This document shows positions 30,170 to 37,774 of a stretch of DNA of 64,000 bases, in pieces. The notes under the pieces are model-generated. The model did no database searches. It had not been told where the DNA came from and worked only from the letters and a program-made list of their open reading frames with translations. Within the stretch, counting starts at the first letter, position 1; each line of letters starts with the position of its first letter. Made by a program: the position numbers and the translations under genes. Source of the stretch: an uncultured Clostridia bacterium (lineage in GTDB: Bacteria > Bacillota > Clostridia > TANB77 > CAG-508); the NCBI GenBank assembly GCA_944388705.1, contig CALXJU010000002.1, positions 3,041-67,040 of the forward strand. The letters run 5' to 3'.

Positions 30170-30297
30170 TATTTTTTCTCCACCTCATTTGTTTTTATTT
30201 CATTTTCTAGAAATTCTATGTATTCTTCTGTTCTATTATAAATTTCTAGTAATTCTTCATTTGTTATTTTGCTTAAGTTTATTTCACTTATTTCCAT
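30169..30297 (-). CDS. Possible 42-aa small ORF translationally coupled to the 538-aa gene
   Basis: My translation is MEISEINLSKITNEELLEIYNRTEEYIEFLENEIKTNEVEKK. Its TAA overlaps the downstream ATG (TAATG). The SD is weak, and it falls below the ORF-track size cutoff. Confidence 0.3.
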   Translation of the reverse strand: MEISEINLSKITNEELLEIYNRTEEYIEFLENEIKTNEVEKK

Positions 30298-30376
30298 TGT
30301 TTCTTCTCATTCCTTTCGTACAGAATTATATATAAAAAAACTTTTTATGTCTATATCTTTTTTAAATTTTTTTAGT

Positions 30377-31414
30377 TTATATTGTTTCTTTTTTTTCATT
30401 TTCTTCTGATGTATTTTGTTCAGGTGTTTCTTCTTCTTTTGGTGGTTGAGTTTCTTCTGGTTGAACTTCTTCTGGTTCACTTTCTTCTGGTTTTTCTTCT
30501 GGCTTGTCCTCAGGATTTTCTTCTTCTCCTTGTTCTGGTGGTGTTATTGGTTCTTCTACTACTGGTTGGTCTGGTTGTTCTATAGGTTCCTGTATTACTG
30601 GTGGTTGTTCTGGTTGGGCTTGTGGTGTTGGTGTATAATTTTTCCATGGGTTTCCACTTGCTGGGTCTGTTGGGTCCCAACCTCTTACACTTTCTTCTCC
30701 TGATATTTTTTGTGCTGATGGTTTTCCTAATGGTCCTGGATTTGAGTCATAATAAAATTCTACTTGTGTACCTGCTGGACAATTATCATATATCCATTTT
30801 GCATCTCTTACTGTTAATCGTATACATCCTGCTGATGCTTTTGTTCCTAATTTATCATATTCCCAATATTCTAATGTTGATTTATCTTTACTTGTATATG
30901 GCACTGAATGGAATAATATACTTCCTTTTATTCTTACATAATATTGTGCCCATACTCCTCCTTCCATTTGTCCCCATGTCCATCTATCCCATGTCTTTCC
31001 TGGTATTGTATATACTCCTTCTGTTGGTGTTGCTTTTCCTATTGAACATATCATTGCTTTATATGGTACTGTGTAATTTCCATTTTTGTCTTTTGTATAT
31101 ATTGTTACTACATTTGCTTGATTATTTACTTTTATATAATATTTTATTTCTTGTTTTTTCTGCTCTACTTCTGGTTCTTCTTTTTCTTCAATTTGTTCTA
31201 CATTTGGTGGTGGTTCTTCTGAATTTATTTGTTGCCTATTTGTTGTTATTATTTCTGTTTTTTCTTGTTTTCCTATTTCTACTGTTTCTTGCATTACTTC
31301 TTTTGTTTCTTTTGACATGTTTATTATTGCTATTACTGCTAATATTAGTAATAATACTACTAATATTGATATTAATATTACTAGCCCCTTTTTTCTTTTT
31401 ATTTTTTCTAACAT
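30377..31414 (-). CDS. L,D-transpeptidase (YkuD domain), membrane-anchored, with a long acidic P/E-rich C-terminal tail
   Basis: YkuD catalytic motifs SILFHSVPY and ASAGCIRL. The tail reads PQAQPEQPPVIQEPIEQPDQPVVEEPITPPEQGEEENPEDKPEEKPEE... Confidence 0.85.
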   Translation of the reverse strand: MLEKIKRKKGLVILISILVVLLLILAVIAIINMSKETKEVMQETVEIGKQEKTEIITTNRQQINSEEPPPNVEQIEEKEEPEVEQKKQEIKYYIKVNNQANVVTIYTKDKNGNYTVPYKAMICSIGKATPTEGVYTIPGKTWDRWTWGQMEGGVWAQYYVRIKGSILFHSVPYTSKDKSTLEYWEYDKLGTKASAGCIRLTVRDAKWIYDNCPAGTQVEFYYDSNPGPLGKPSAQKISGEESVRGWDPTDPASGNPWKNYTPTPQAQPEQPPVIQEPIEQPDQPVVEEPITPPEQGEEENPEDKPEEKPEESEPEEVQPEETQPPKEEETPEQNTSEENEKKETI

Positions 31415-31489
31415 CTATATTTTCCTTTCCTATATTTTCCACCTTATTATATAGTTTTTTACACTTTTTTTCAAGATGTTTTTATATTT

Positions 31490-31531
31490 TTATACACAAA
31501 AGCACAAAATGTTTTTTCACATTTTGTGCTT
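31490..31531 (-). terminator. Rho-independent terminator after the tandem major-subunit genes
   Basis: Perfect 13-bp stem AAAGCACAAAATG (31498-31510) / CATTTTGTGCTTT (31519-31531). The minus strand then reads TGTGTATAAAAAT; the run of four U is supplied by the 3' arm of the stem itself (GCTTTT, counting the next base). Confidence 0.75.
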
Positions 31532-31537
31532 TCAAAA

Positions 31538-32548
31538 TTATGGTTTTTTTACTGATGGTTTTGTAAATCCTAATACTATGTCTATTGATTTACCTGTTGA
31601 TGCTGTATCAACATTGTCTGGGTCTTGTCCTTCTAACCATATATATACTCTTGCTTTCATTATTGAATTTTGTGCTAACATCATATTATCAGTACCTAAG
31701 TTTGTCATATTTGTAGCAGTTCCTACTGTTGCATCTGTTTTTAATGTTTTTTGCTCTCCTAAATTTTCATTAGCATTACCTGCTGTTAAATCTGGTACAT
31801 TAACTCCAGAAATTGTTCCTCCACCATTCTTTTTTACTCCTAATGTTGTAAATTCTGCTGTTGCATTTGGAACTCTTGTTGGGTCATTTCTTACAATTTC
31901 TGCTATATGTTTATTATAATTTGGTTCCCATATACATACTGTTGGTGTTCCAGGTGCTATTTGTCTAATATCTGTACCTGCTGCTGTCATAACTTCTTTA
32001 TTACTATATAATACAACTGCTGATCTTACACAGTTTTCTAGTCCTGTATTTTGTTTTCCGTCTGCTGCTATTGCAACTTTTGTACCTGTATTTAATTGTA
32101 ATATATCTCCATCTACTTTTGAAGATGAATTTTTAAAATATAAATCAAATGCTATATATTTTGTTGTATCTGCATCATTTTCTTGATCAACATTTGTTAA
32201 TTGTGTTCCATCTGCACTTATATCTCCATAAAACATATTCATCTCTCCAGAAGCTGTTTCTCCTACTGTTGATACTGGTACTAATGCCTCTGGCCAAGCA
32301 TAATTATTATCTATTGCTGCTGCTAAGTTCACTTTATTAATTGTTATTTTTGAACTCCATGCTTCTCCATCAAGTGATATCTGTAAACCTTCTGCAGCTA
32401 CAACTTTTGCATTTATTCCTTCAAGTGCAACTTCTTTGTTTGCTGAGAACCATGCATATGTTGATGATAATAGTAGCATTCCTATTAATATTGTTGTCAT
32501 AAATAAAGATTTTAGTCTTCTTTTACTTCTTCTACTTCTCCTACTCAT
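31538..32548 (-). CDS. SipW-cognate-signal secreted protein, TasA-like superfamily, 'major' paralog A1
   Basis: MSRRSRRSKRRLKSLF + TM helix + SSTYAWFSANKE, and the C-terminal motif ARVYIWLEGQDPDNVD. By eye it is roughly three-quarters identical to the next gene. Confidence 0.7.
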   Translation of the reverse strand: MSRRSRRSKRRLKSLFMTTILIGMLLLSSTYAWFSANKEVALEGINAKVVAAEGLQISLDGEAWSSKITINKVNLAAAIDNNYAWPEALVPVSTVGETASGEMNMFYGDISADGTQLTNVDQENDADTTKYIAFDLYFKNSSSKVDGDILQLNTGTKVAIAADGKQNTGLENCVRSAVVLYSNKEVMTAAGTDIRQIAPGTPTVCIWEPNYNKHIAEIVRNDPTRVPNATAEFTTLGVKKNGGGTISGVNVPDLTAGNANENLGEQKTLKTDATVGTATNMTNLGTDNMMLAQNSIMKARVYIWLEGQDPDNVDTASTGKSIDIVLGFTKPSVKKP

Positions 32549-32591
32549 AATCTTTCTCCTTTGATTTAATTATATAAATAATTAATTAATT

Positions 32592-33599
32592 TTAGCCACC
32601 TGGTTGTGTTACTGCTGGTTTTGTAAATCCTAATACTATATCTATTGATTTACCTGTTGATGCTGTATCTATACAATCTGGGTCTTGTCCTTCAAGCCAT
32701 ATATATATTCTTGCTTTCATTACAGAATTTTGTTTTAATTTTAGTTGAGTAGAACCATCTACTGCTGTCATATTTGTAGCAGTTCCTACTGTTGCATCTG
32801 TTTTAATTGTAGTTTGTTCTCCTAAAAATTCATTTGATGGGTCTGTTGCTACATTTATTCCTGTTACTGTTCCATCTCCTACAGATTTTAGTCCTAAAGT
32901 TGTAAAATCAGTATCTGCACTTGGTATTCTATCATTGTCATTTTTTACAACTTCTGCTATATGTTTATTATAATTTGGTTCCCATATACTTACTAATGGT
33001 GTTCCTGCTGCAATTGCTCTAATTGTTGCTCCATCATCTGTCATTAATGCTGTATTTTCATATAATACTATACTAGATCTTACACAGTTTTCTAGTCCTG
33101 TTCCTTGTTTTCCATCAACTGCATTTATTGCTACTTTTGTACCAACATTTAATTGTAAATCATCTGTTGGTTTTGAAGATGAGTTTTTAAAATATAAATC
33201 AAATACTATATATTTTGTTGTATCTGCATCAGATTCTATAGCTGCATTTGTTAATTCTGAACCATCTGCACTTACATCTCCATAAAACATATTCATGTTT
33301 CCTGATGCTGTTTCTCCTACTGTTGATACTGGTACTAAAGCATCTGGCCATTTATAGTTATTTGATACTGCTGCAGCTAAATTTTCTTTATTTATTGTTA
33401 TTTTTGAACTCCATGCTTCTCCATCAAGTGATATTTGCAAACCTTCTGCAGCTACAACTTTTGCATTTATTCCTTCAAGTGCAACTTCCTTGTTTGCTGA
33501 GAACCATGCATATGTTGATGTTACCATTAACATTGCTGTTAATATCAACATAATAAATAATGATTTTAATCTTCTTCTGTTACTTCTACTTCTTCTCAT
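32592..33599 (-). CDS. SipW-cognate-signal secreted protein, TasA-like superfamily, 'major' paralog A2
   Basis: MRRSRSNRRRLKSLF + TM helix + TSTYAWFSANKE, and the C-terminal motif ARIYIWLEGQDPDCID. It is a tandem duplicate of 31538-32548. Confidence 0.7.
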   Translation of the reverse strand: MRRSRSNRRRLKSLFIMLILTAMLMVTSTYAWFSANKEVALEGINAKVVAAEGLQISLDGEAWSSKITINKENLAAAVSNNYKWPDALVPVSTVGETASGNMNMFYGDVSADGSELTNAAIESDADTTKYIVFDLYFKNSSSKPTDDLQLNVGTKVAINAVDGKQGTGLENCVRSSIVLYENTALMTDDGATIRAIAAGTPLVSIWEPNYNKHIAEVVKNDNDRIPSADTDFTTLGLKSVGDGTVTGINVATDPSNEFLGEQTTIKTDATVGTATNMTAVDGSTQLKLKQNSVMKARIYIWLEGQDPDCIDTASTGKSIDIVLGFTKPAVTQPGG

Positions 33600-33613
33600 T
33601 TTTTTCTCTCCTT

Positions 33614-34327
33614 TTATATATTATTCTCTTGTTCAACATGCTCTTCCAAAATACTCATATGCATTTTAATTTCTCCACCTATTAAATCATCTAAGCATTC
33701 TGGGTCATTACCATCTATCCAAATTACGACAGTAATTTTATCTATCTCGCCAGAGTTAAAGTTTTCTCTAGGTTCGACTATGATTTCTTTTGCATCATTA
33801 AATGGGATTGTATTTCCTTCTGGTTCTTTTGTTGTACTATTTACTTTTGCATATACTTTTTTCTCTCCATTTAAAAATATTGTCACTCTCAATGCTTCAT
33901 CTACTCTTTTTATTACATCATCTAGTACAACTTGATACCAATAATTCATAGTATTGTCACTTCTGTTTTCTACATAGAATGTATATGCTATATAGTTTGT
34001 GCCATTGTGACTTCCTTCTGCCTGACTGTCAATATCTGCTGGTAGCCAACTTTCTGCTATATTTGTAAAAAAATCAACTGTATCTGCTTCTAATTTTTGC
34101 TGGGCCTTTTTTTCTTCTAGTTTATCATAAATTATTAGACCACTCATTGGGTCTCCTGCTTTATCTAATATTATCGTAAATCTTCCTGAATCATATACTA
34201 TTTTTAATATAAAATATATGATTAGTAAGAATATTACCATTATAACAAGCAGTCGCCTTATCCATCGTATTCTAGAATTTCTTTCGCTTATCTTGTTGGC
34301 ATTCTTTCGTATTCTCCTTTTTGACAT
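33614..34327 (-). CDS. Membrane-anchored paralog of the A family lacking the SipW cleavage motif
   Basis: MSKRRIRKNANK...RWIRR + TM helix, but no [ST]xA[WK][FY] motif. It shares NYIAYTFYVENRS (compare KYIAFDLYFKNSS) and ITVVIWIDGNDPECLD with the A1/A2 genes. Confidence 0.6.
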   Translation of the reverse strand: MSKRRIRKNANKISERNSRIRWIRRLLVIMVIFLLIIYFILKIVYDSGRFTIILDKAGDPMSGLIIYDKLEEKKAQQKLEADTVDFFTNIAESWLPADIDSQAEGSHNGTNYIAYTFYVENRSDNTMNYWYQVVLDDVIKRVDEALRVTIFLNGEKKVYAKVNSTTKEPEGNTIPFNDAKEIIVEPRENFNSGEIDKITVVIWIDGNDPECLDDLIGGEIKMHMSILEEHVEQENNI

Positions 34328-34424
34328 TTACATTCTACCTACCCCATTTGTTATTTCATCAAAAATGAACAAAATATGATATTTTTGTTATTTAAATTTT
34401 AGCATATTCGACTGTCAAATACAA

Positions 34425-34489
34425 TTACAAATATGTTACATTTATATTACATTTTTTTTTACATTTTTCTAATATTTTTGTAACATTTC
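34425..34489. promoter_or_regulatory. Phased TTACA(T/A) repeat array in a divergent promoter region
   Basis: TTACAA at 34425, then TTACAT at 34436, 34447 and 34459 (spacing 11, 11 and 12 bp), plus GTAACATT at 34480. The core matches the 26051-26094 array. Confidence 0.45.
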
Positions 34490-34551
34490 GTTTTTTTATT
34501 GTATTTTACTACATTTTATGCTATGCTTTTTTTAGTGTAATAGGAGGATTT

Positions 34552-35136
34552 ATGGATAAAAATTTAATTACTAAAAAGAAAGCTTTTTTATTACTTGCAT
34601 GTATTTGGCTTATTATTAGTCTTTCTGTAGTTCAAACTACATATGCTAAATATGTGACTAATTTAGATGCAAATGCAAATATTGCAATTTCATATTGGAA
34701 TATCTTAGTTAATAATCAAAATATCGCTGAAAACCCTGATATTAGTGCTACTATGACTGCTGTTTTTCCTGGTAATGAGTTTATGAAAAATGATGTTATT
34801 GTTCCAGGTGCAGTTGGTTATTTTGATTTAAATATAGATTCTTCAAATGTAACAGTTCCTTTTACTATAACTGTTACCACTTCAGTAAATGAAAATAGTT
34901 CTCTAACTATGGATTTCGTTGTTTCAGGTTATTCAATTAATAATGGAGAAATTATAGAACTTATAGATACTAATTCATTTTCTTATGATATTTCTTTGGA
35001 TGCTGATTCAACTATTATAAGAATTTACACAACCTGGTTAGATGATGGACTTGATTCAGTAGAAGATACAGCTCTAGGTATAGCTGGTGGTACTGCAATT
35101 TTAGATGTAACGTTAAACTTTGAACAAATTATATAG
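34552..35136 (+). CDS. SipW-cognate-signal secreted protein, TasA-like superfamily, B family
   Basis: Signal ending VVQTTYAKYVTN; VPGAVGYFDLNIDSSN (compare TasA/camelysin APGD...F.v.N); IRIYTTWLDDGLD; C-terminus LNFEQII. It is a paralog of 42482-43111 and 41225-41785. Confidence 0.65.
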   Translation: MDKNLITKKKAFLLLACIWLIISLSVVQTTYAKYVTNLDANANIAISYWNILVNNQNIAENPDISATMTAVFPGNEFMKNDVIVPGAVGYFDLNIDSSNVTVPFTITVTTSVNENSSLTMDFVVSGYSINNGEIIELIDTNSFSYDISLDADSTIIRIYTTWLDDGLDSVEDTALGIAGGTAILDVTLNFEQII

Positions 35137-35154
35137 GGACGGTTCTGTTTTGAA

Positions 35155-35336
35155 GGGGACGGTCCTTTTTGGTGCATTTATTATTTGTATTTAAATACGA
35201 AAAGATTATATATTACTATTCCATAGCCAAAACATATTCTGGGTCTTCGTCGGGGGTCTTGGCTTTATTTCATAGTAATATATAATCTTTTCGTTATAGT
35301 TATAAAGTAAAAAATGCATCAAAAAGGACCGTCCCC
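35155..35336. repeat. Palindromic intergenic element, copy 2, with an extra G/C-rich outer stem (182-bp hairpin) between convergent genes
   Basis: Outer stem GGGGACGGTCCTTTTTGGTGCATT (from 35155) / AATGCATCAAAAAGGACCGTCCCC (ending 35336). Inner arms GAAAAGATTATATATTACTATT / AGTAATATATAATCTTTTC. Core GGTCTTCGTCGGGGGTCTTGG at 35242-35262. Confidence 0.85.
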
Positions 35337-35338
35337 TT

Positions 35339-35986
35339 TTAAGCATTCTTTTGCTCAGCTTTTAATTTTATTTTTATTTCAATTGCTGATTTTCCTGTAT
35401 TTTGTTGATAATATTTATAACTATCTACTCCATATTGAGTATCAAGTTCATCATCACCACTTTCATATGCCCAGGTAAATTTAACATTTATTGTAGCTTC
35501 TCCACCATTCATTGCTAAATCTGTTGAACTTACATTTACAGTTATTTCAAAAGGAAAATCTTCTAATAGCATTTGAGCTAATTCTTCAGCTGTCATTTTT
35601 ATTTCAGTACCTGTTAAATTTTCTTTTTCTTCTGTTGATAATTCTTCTTCCACAATATATATATCGTCAAATATTCTGGCAGTAGTTATCACATAACTTA
35701 AAGTTGCATCTTTTTCTCCCGAATTATTAACAGTAACTGTTTTTTCGACCTCATCCATTCCAGGATATGCATGGTCTATTTCCAATACAAAATTATTTTC
35801 TATTACTTGATCTCCAACTTCAAAATTTACACTCCATGCATCAACATGTACTGTCATATTCGTAGATACTGTTGTTACATATAGAAACCAGGCGTATGTA
35901 TTAAAAATTAAAGTTAAAGAAAGTAAGAATAAAGTCTTTAATTTCAATCTTCTACGTTTTCTTCTTTCTTCTCTTTTTCTTTTCAT
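35339..35986 (-). CDS. SipW-cognate-signal secreted protein, TasA-like superfamily (last gene of the 8-gene operon)
   Basis: MKRKREERRKRRRLKLKTLF + TM helix + FNTYAWFLY; YPGMDEVEKTVTVNNSGEKDA (TasA-like PGx...N.G motif); FTWAYESGDDELD. Confidence 0.65.
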   Translation of the reverse strand: MKRKREERRKRRRLKLKTLFLLSLTLIFNTYAWFLYVTTVSTNMTVHVDAWSVNFEVGDQVIENNFVLEIDHAYPGMDEVEKTVTVNNSGEKDATLSYVITTARIFDDIYIVEEELSTEEKENLTGTEIKMTAEELAQMLLEDFPFEITVNVSSTDLAMNGGEATINVKFTWAYESGDDELDTQYGVDSYKYYQQNTGKSAIEIKIKLKAEQKNA

Positions 35987-36002
35987 TACATCCTCCTTTC
36001 TT

Positions 36003-36647
36003 CTATTCGTATCTTCTTCTACGTTTAGCTCTTTTTTCTTTTCGTTTTTTGGCTTTTTTATCTATAATTTTTTCATTATCATCTTTTTCTTCTGAATCAT
36101 CTTCATCTTCTTCATCATAATCTTCTTTTTCTTCTTTAAATGCTTTAAATTCTGTAAACATTATTATTGCAAGAGGTATTATTATTAAAAAATACATACC
36201 ATACATATTATTTATTATTCCATTTAAAAATGTTACTATTTGCAGTTTTGTCTGAACAACTCCATATATTTGTTCTTCACTAACTAATGGGTCTTCATCT
36301 TCATTTGCAATACCTTTTGTATGAAATTTTAGAAGTCCATCTTCCCCATTTTCTATATTTATTACTTGGTGTGTTACTATTTTATCTGCATAGCTTCCTA
36401 CTTTCCCCATATATGTAACATCGTCACCTATTTGTATGTTGCTTTTTTCTTCTTCTTTTACTAATATTACATCTCCTACTTTATATTTAGGTACCATACT
36501 TTCTGTTACTACTGTGAATATTCGATATCCTGCAAGTGATATGTTATTATTAGAAAATCTTTGTATTAGTATTACAGCTATAAATACTATTATTACTATT
36601 GTTAAAATAAATTTTATAGTAGATATTACAAATTTAACTGTTTTCAT
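36003..36647 (-). CDS. sipW: Signal peptidase I, SipW type, paralog 2, with a charged C-terminal extension
   Basis: VVTESMVPK (Ser box), VTHQVI (His box) and TKGIANEDEDP; a second TM helix; then the tail EEKEDYDEEDEDDSEEKDDNEK...KKAKKRKEKRAKRRRRYE. Confidence 0.75.
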   Translation of the reverse strand: MKTVKFVISTIKFILTIVIIVFIAVILIQRFSNNNISLAGYRIFTVVTESMVPKYKVGDVILVKEEEKSNIQIGDDVTYMGKVGSYADKIVTHQVINIENGEDGLLKFHTKGIANEDEDPLVSEEQIYGVVQTKLQIVTFLNGIINNMYGMYFLIIIPLAIIMFTEFKAFKEEKEDYDEEDEDDSEEKDDNEKIIDKKAKKRKEKRAKRRRRYE

Positions 36648-36658
36648 TTTTTCACCTT

Positions 36659-37762
36659 TTAAATGCTTACTTCACTGATTTTTTGAAAATATTTATCCAT
36701 ATATTTTCTAAATATTTTTTCAATATCTTTTTTAGATGCCATTCTGACTTCTTTTACTTTATCAAATTTGTCTCCTAGCTTTTCTTGCAATTGCTTTTTA
36801 GTCATTTCTGGATTCATTTCAATTATTTTGTCTAGCATACTTGATAGTGTTTTTTCTTTCGCTTTTTCAATATCTTCATTACTTGCTTTATTATTAATAG
36901 AGTTTACTGTTAAATATTCCAATAAGAAAGTCTGATCTATTAATTCTTTTAATTGGCTTTTATCTTGATAATCCTTTTTTTCTTGTTCAGGTTCATTTTT
37001 ATCAGCCATATGTTCCATAATGTAATCCCATAATTTCATTGCATATTGGAAATTTACATTTTTCAATATTACATTTGTCTTTTTTATCGGATTTGTAACA
37101 AAAGCCACTCCTTCTTTATCTAAGGCAAGATATACTTCTGAAAGCTTTAATGCTTTTATATCTGTTTCTATTTTTTTAATTCTTTCTTCATAATTTGGGT
37201 CTTTATTTAATGAAGTGTCAAGATCTGTATTTAATGTTATATTTACACTTACTTTTTCTTCTCCAACCATTGTTGTACTAGTATAATCTATTTTTTTATT
37301 ATCTCTAAGTCTTGGATCTTTATTTGTATTATCTAGTTTTAATCTTATAAATTGTTCCATATATGCTATTAGTGTGTAAATAAATCTATTTTCATATGTA
37401 TTAAATGTTTCTTCTTTAAATACATTTAATAATTTTGATGGTATTACATCTCCTGTATCTTCATCTAAATCTTGTATAAAGTTTGTATGTTTTGCTAAAT
37501 GTTTTATTGTTTCTACTCCTACTTTTTTTGCTTGTTCTACTTTTATAATTTCTTCTTCTGTTGTTATAAATCTTTTAGGATTTCTTACTATTTTATCCAA
37601 ATATGGAAGGGTAAATTCAAATAAATCTACCCATTTATCATCAAAACTATCTCTAAAATAATCTGTCTGTACTCTCATGCTTGAATCTAGATTACTACCA
37701 AAATCACTTACTTTACTTTCATCTACTTGATTGACTAAATCATTTACATCTAATCCTGCCAT
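36659..37762 (-). CDS. Hypothetical soluble helical protein, candidate partner of the AAA+ NTPase (weak McrC/DUF2357-N-like resemblance, no nuclease motif seen)
   Basis: 367 aa. The segment FNTYENRFIYTLIAYMEQFI is recalled from memory as similar to DUF2357/McrC N-domains. The C-terminal half is K/E-rich coiled coil, and I found no PD-(D/E)xK motif. Confidence 0.35.
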   Translation of the reverse strand: MAGLDVNDLVNQVDESKVSDFGSNLDSSMRVQTDYFRDSFDDKWVDLFEFTLPYLDKIVRNPKRFITTEEEIIKVEQAKKVGVETIKHLAKHTNFIQDLDEDTGDVIPSKLLNVFKEETFNTYENRFIYTLIAYMEQFIRLKLDNTNKDPRLRDNKKIDYTSTTMVGEEKVSVNITLNTDLDTSLNKDPNYEERIKKIETDIKALKLSEVYLALDKEGVAFVTNPIKKTNVILKNVNFQYAMKLWDYIMEHMADKNEPEQEKKDYQDKSQLKELIDQTFLLEYLTVNSINNKASNEDIEKAKEKTLSSMLDKIIEMNPEMTKKQLQEKLGDKFDKVKEVRMASKKDIEKIFRKYMDKYFQKISEVSI

Positions 37763-37774
37763 TATTTTTCTCCT

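Noticed and set aside
31236-31442. A 68-aa minus-strand ORF overlaps the 5' end of the L,D-transpeptidase gene.
   Set aside because: It is an alternative frame of the same strand across the TM/linker region. The LDT frame has the recognisable motifs and this one is N/K/S/R low complexity.
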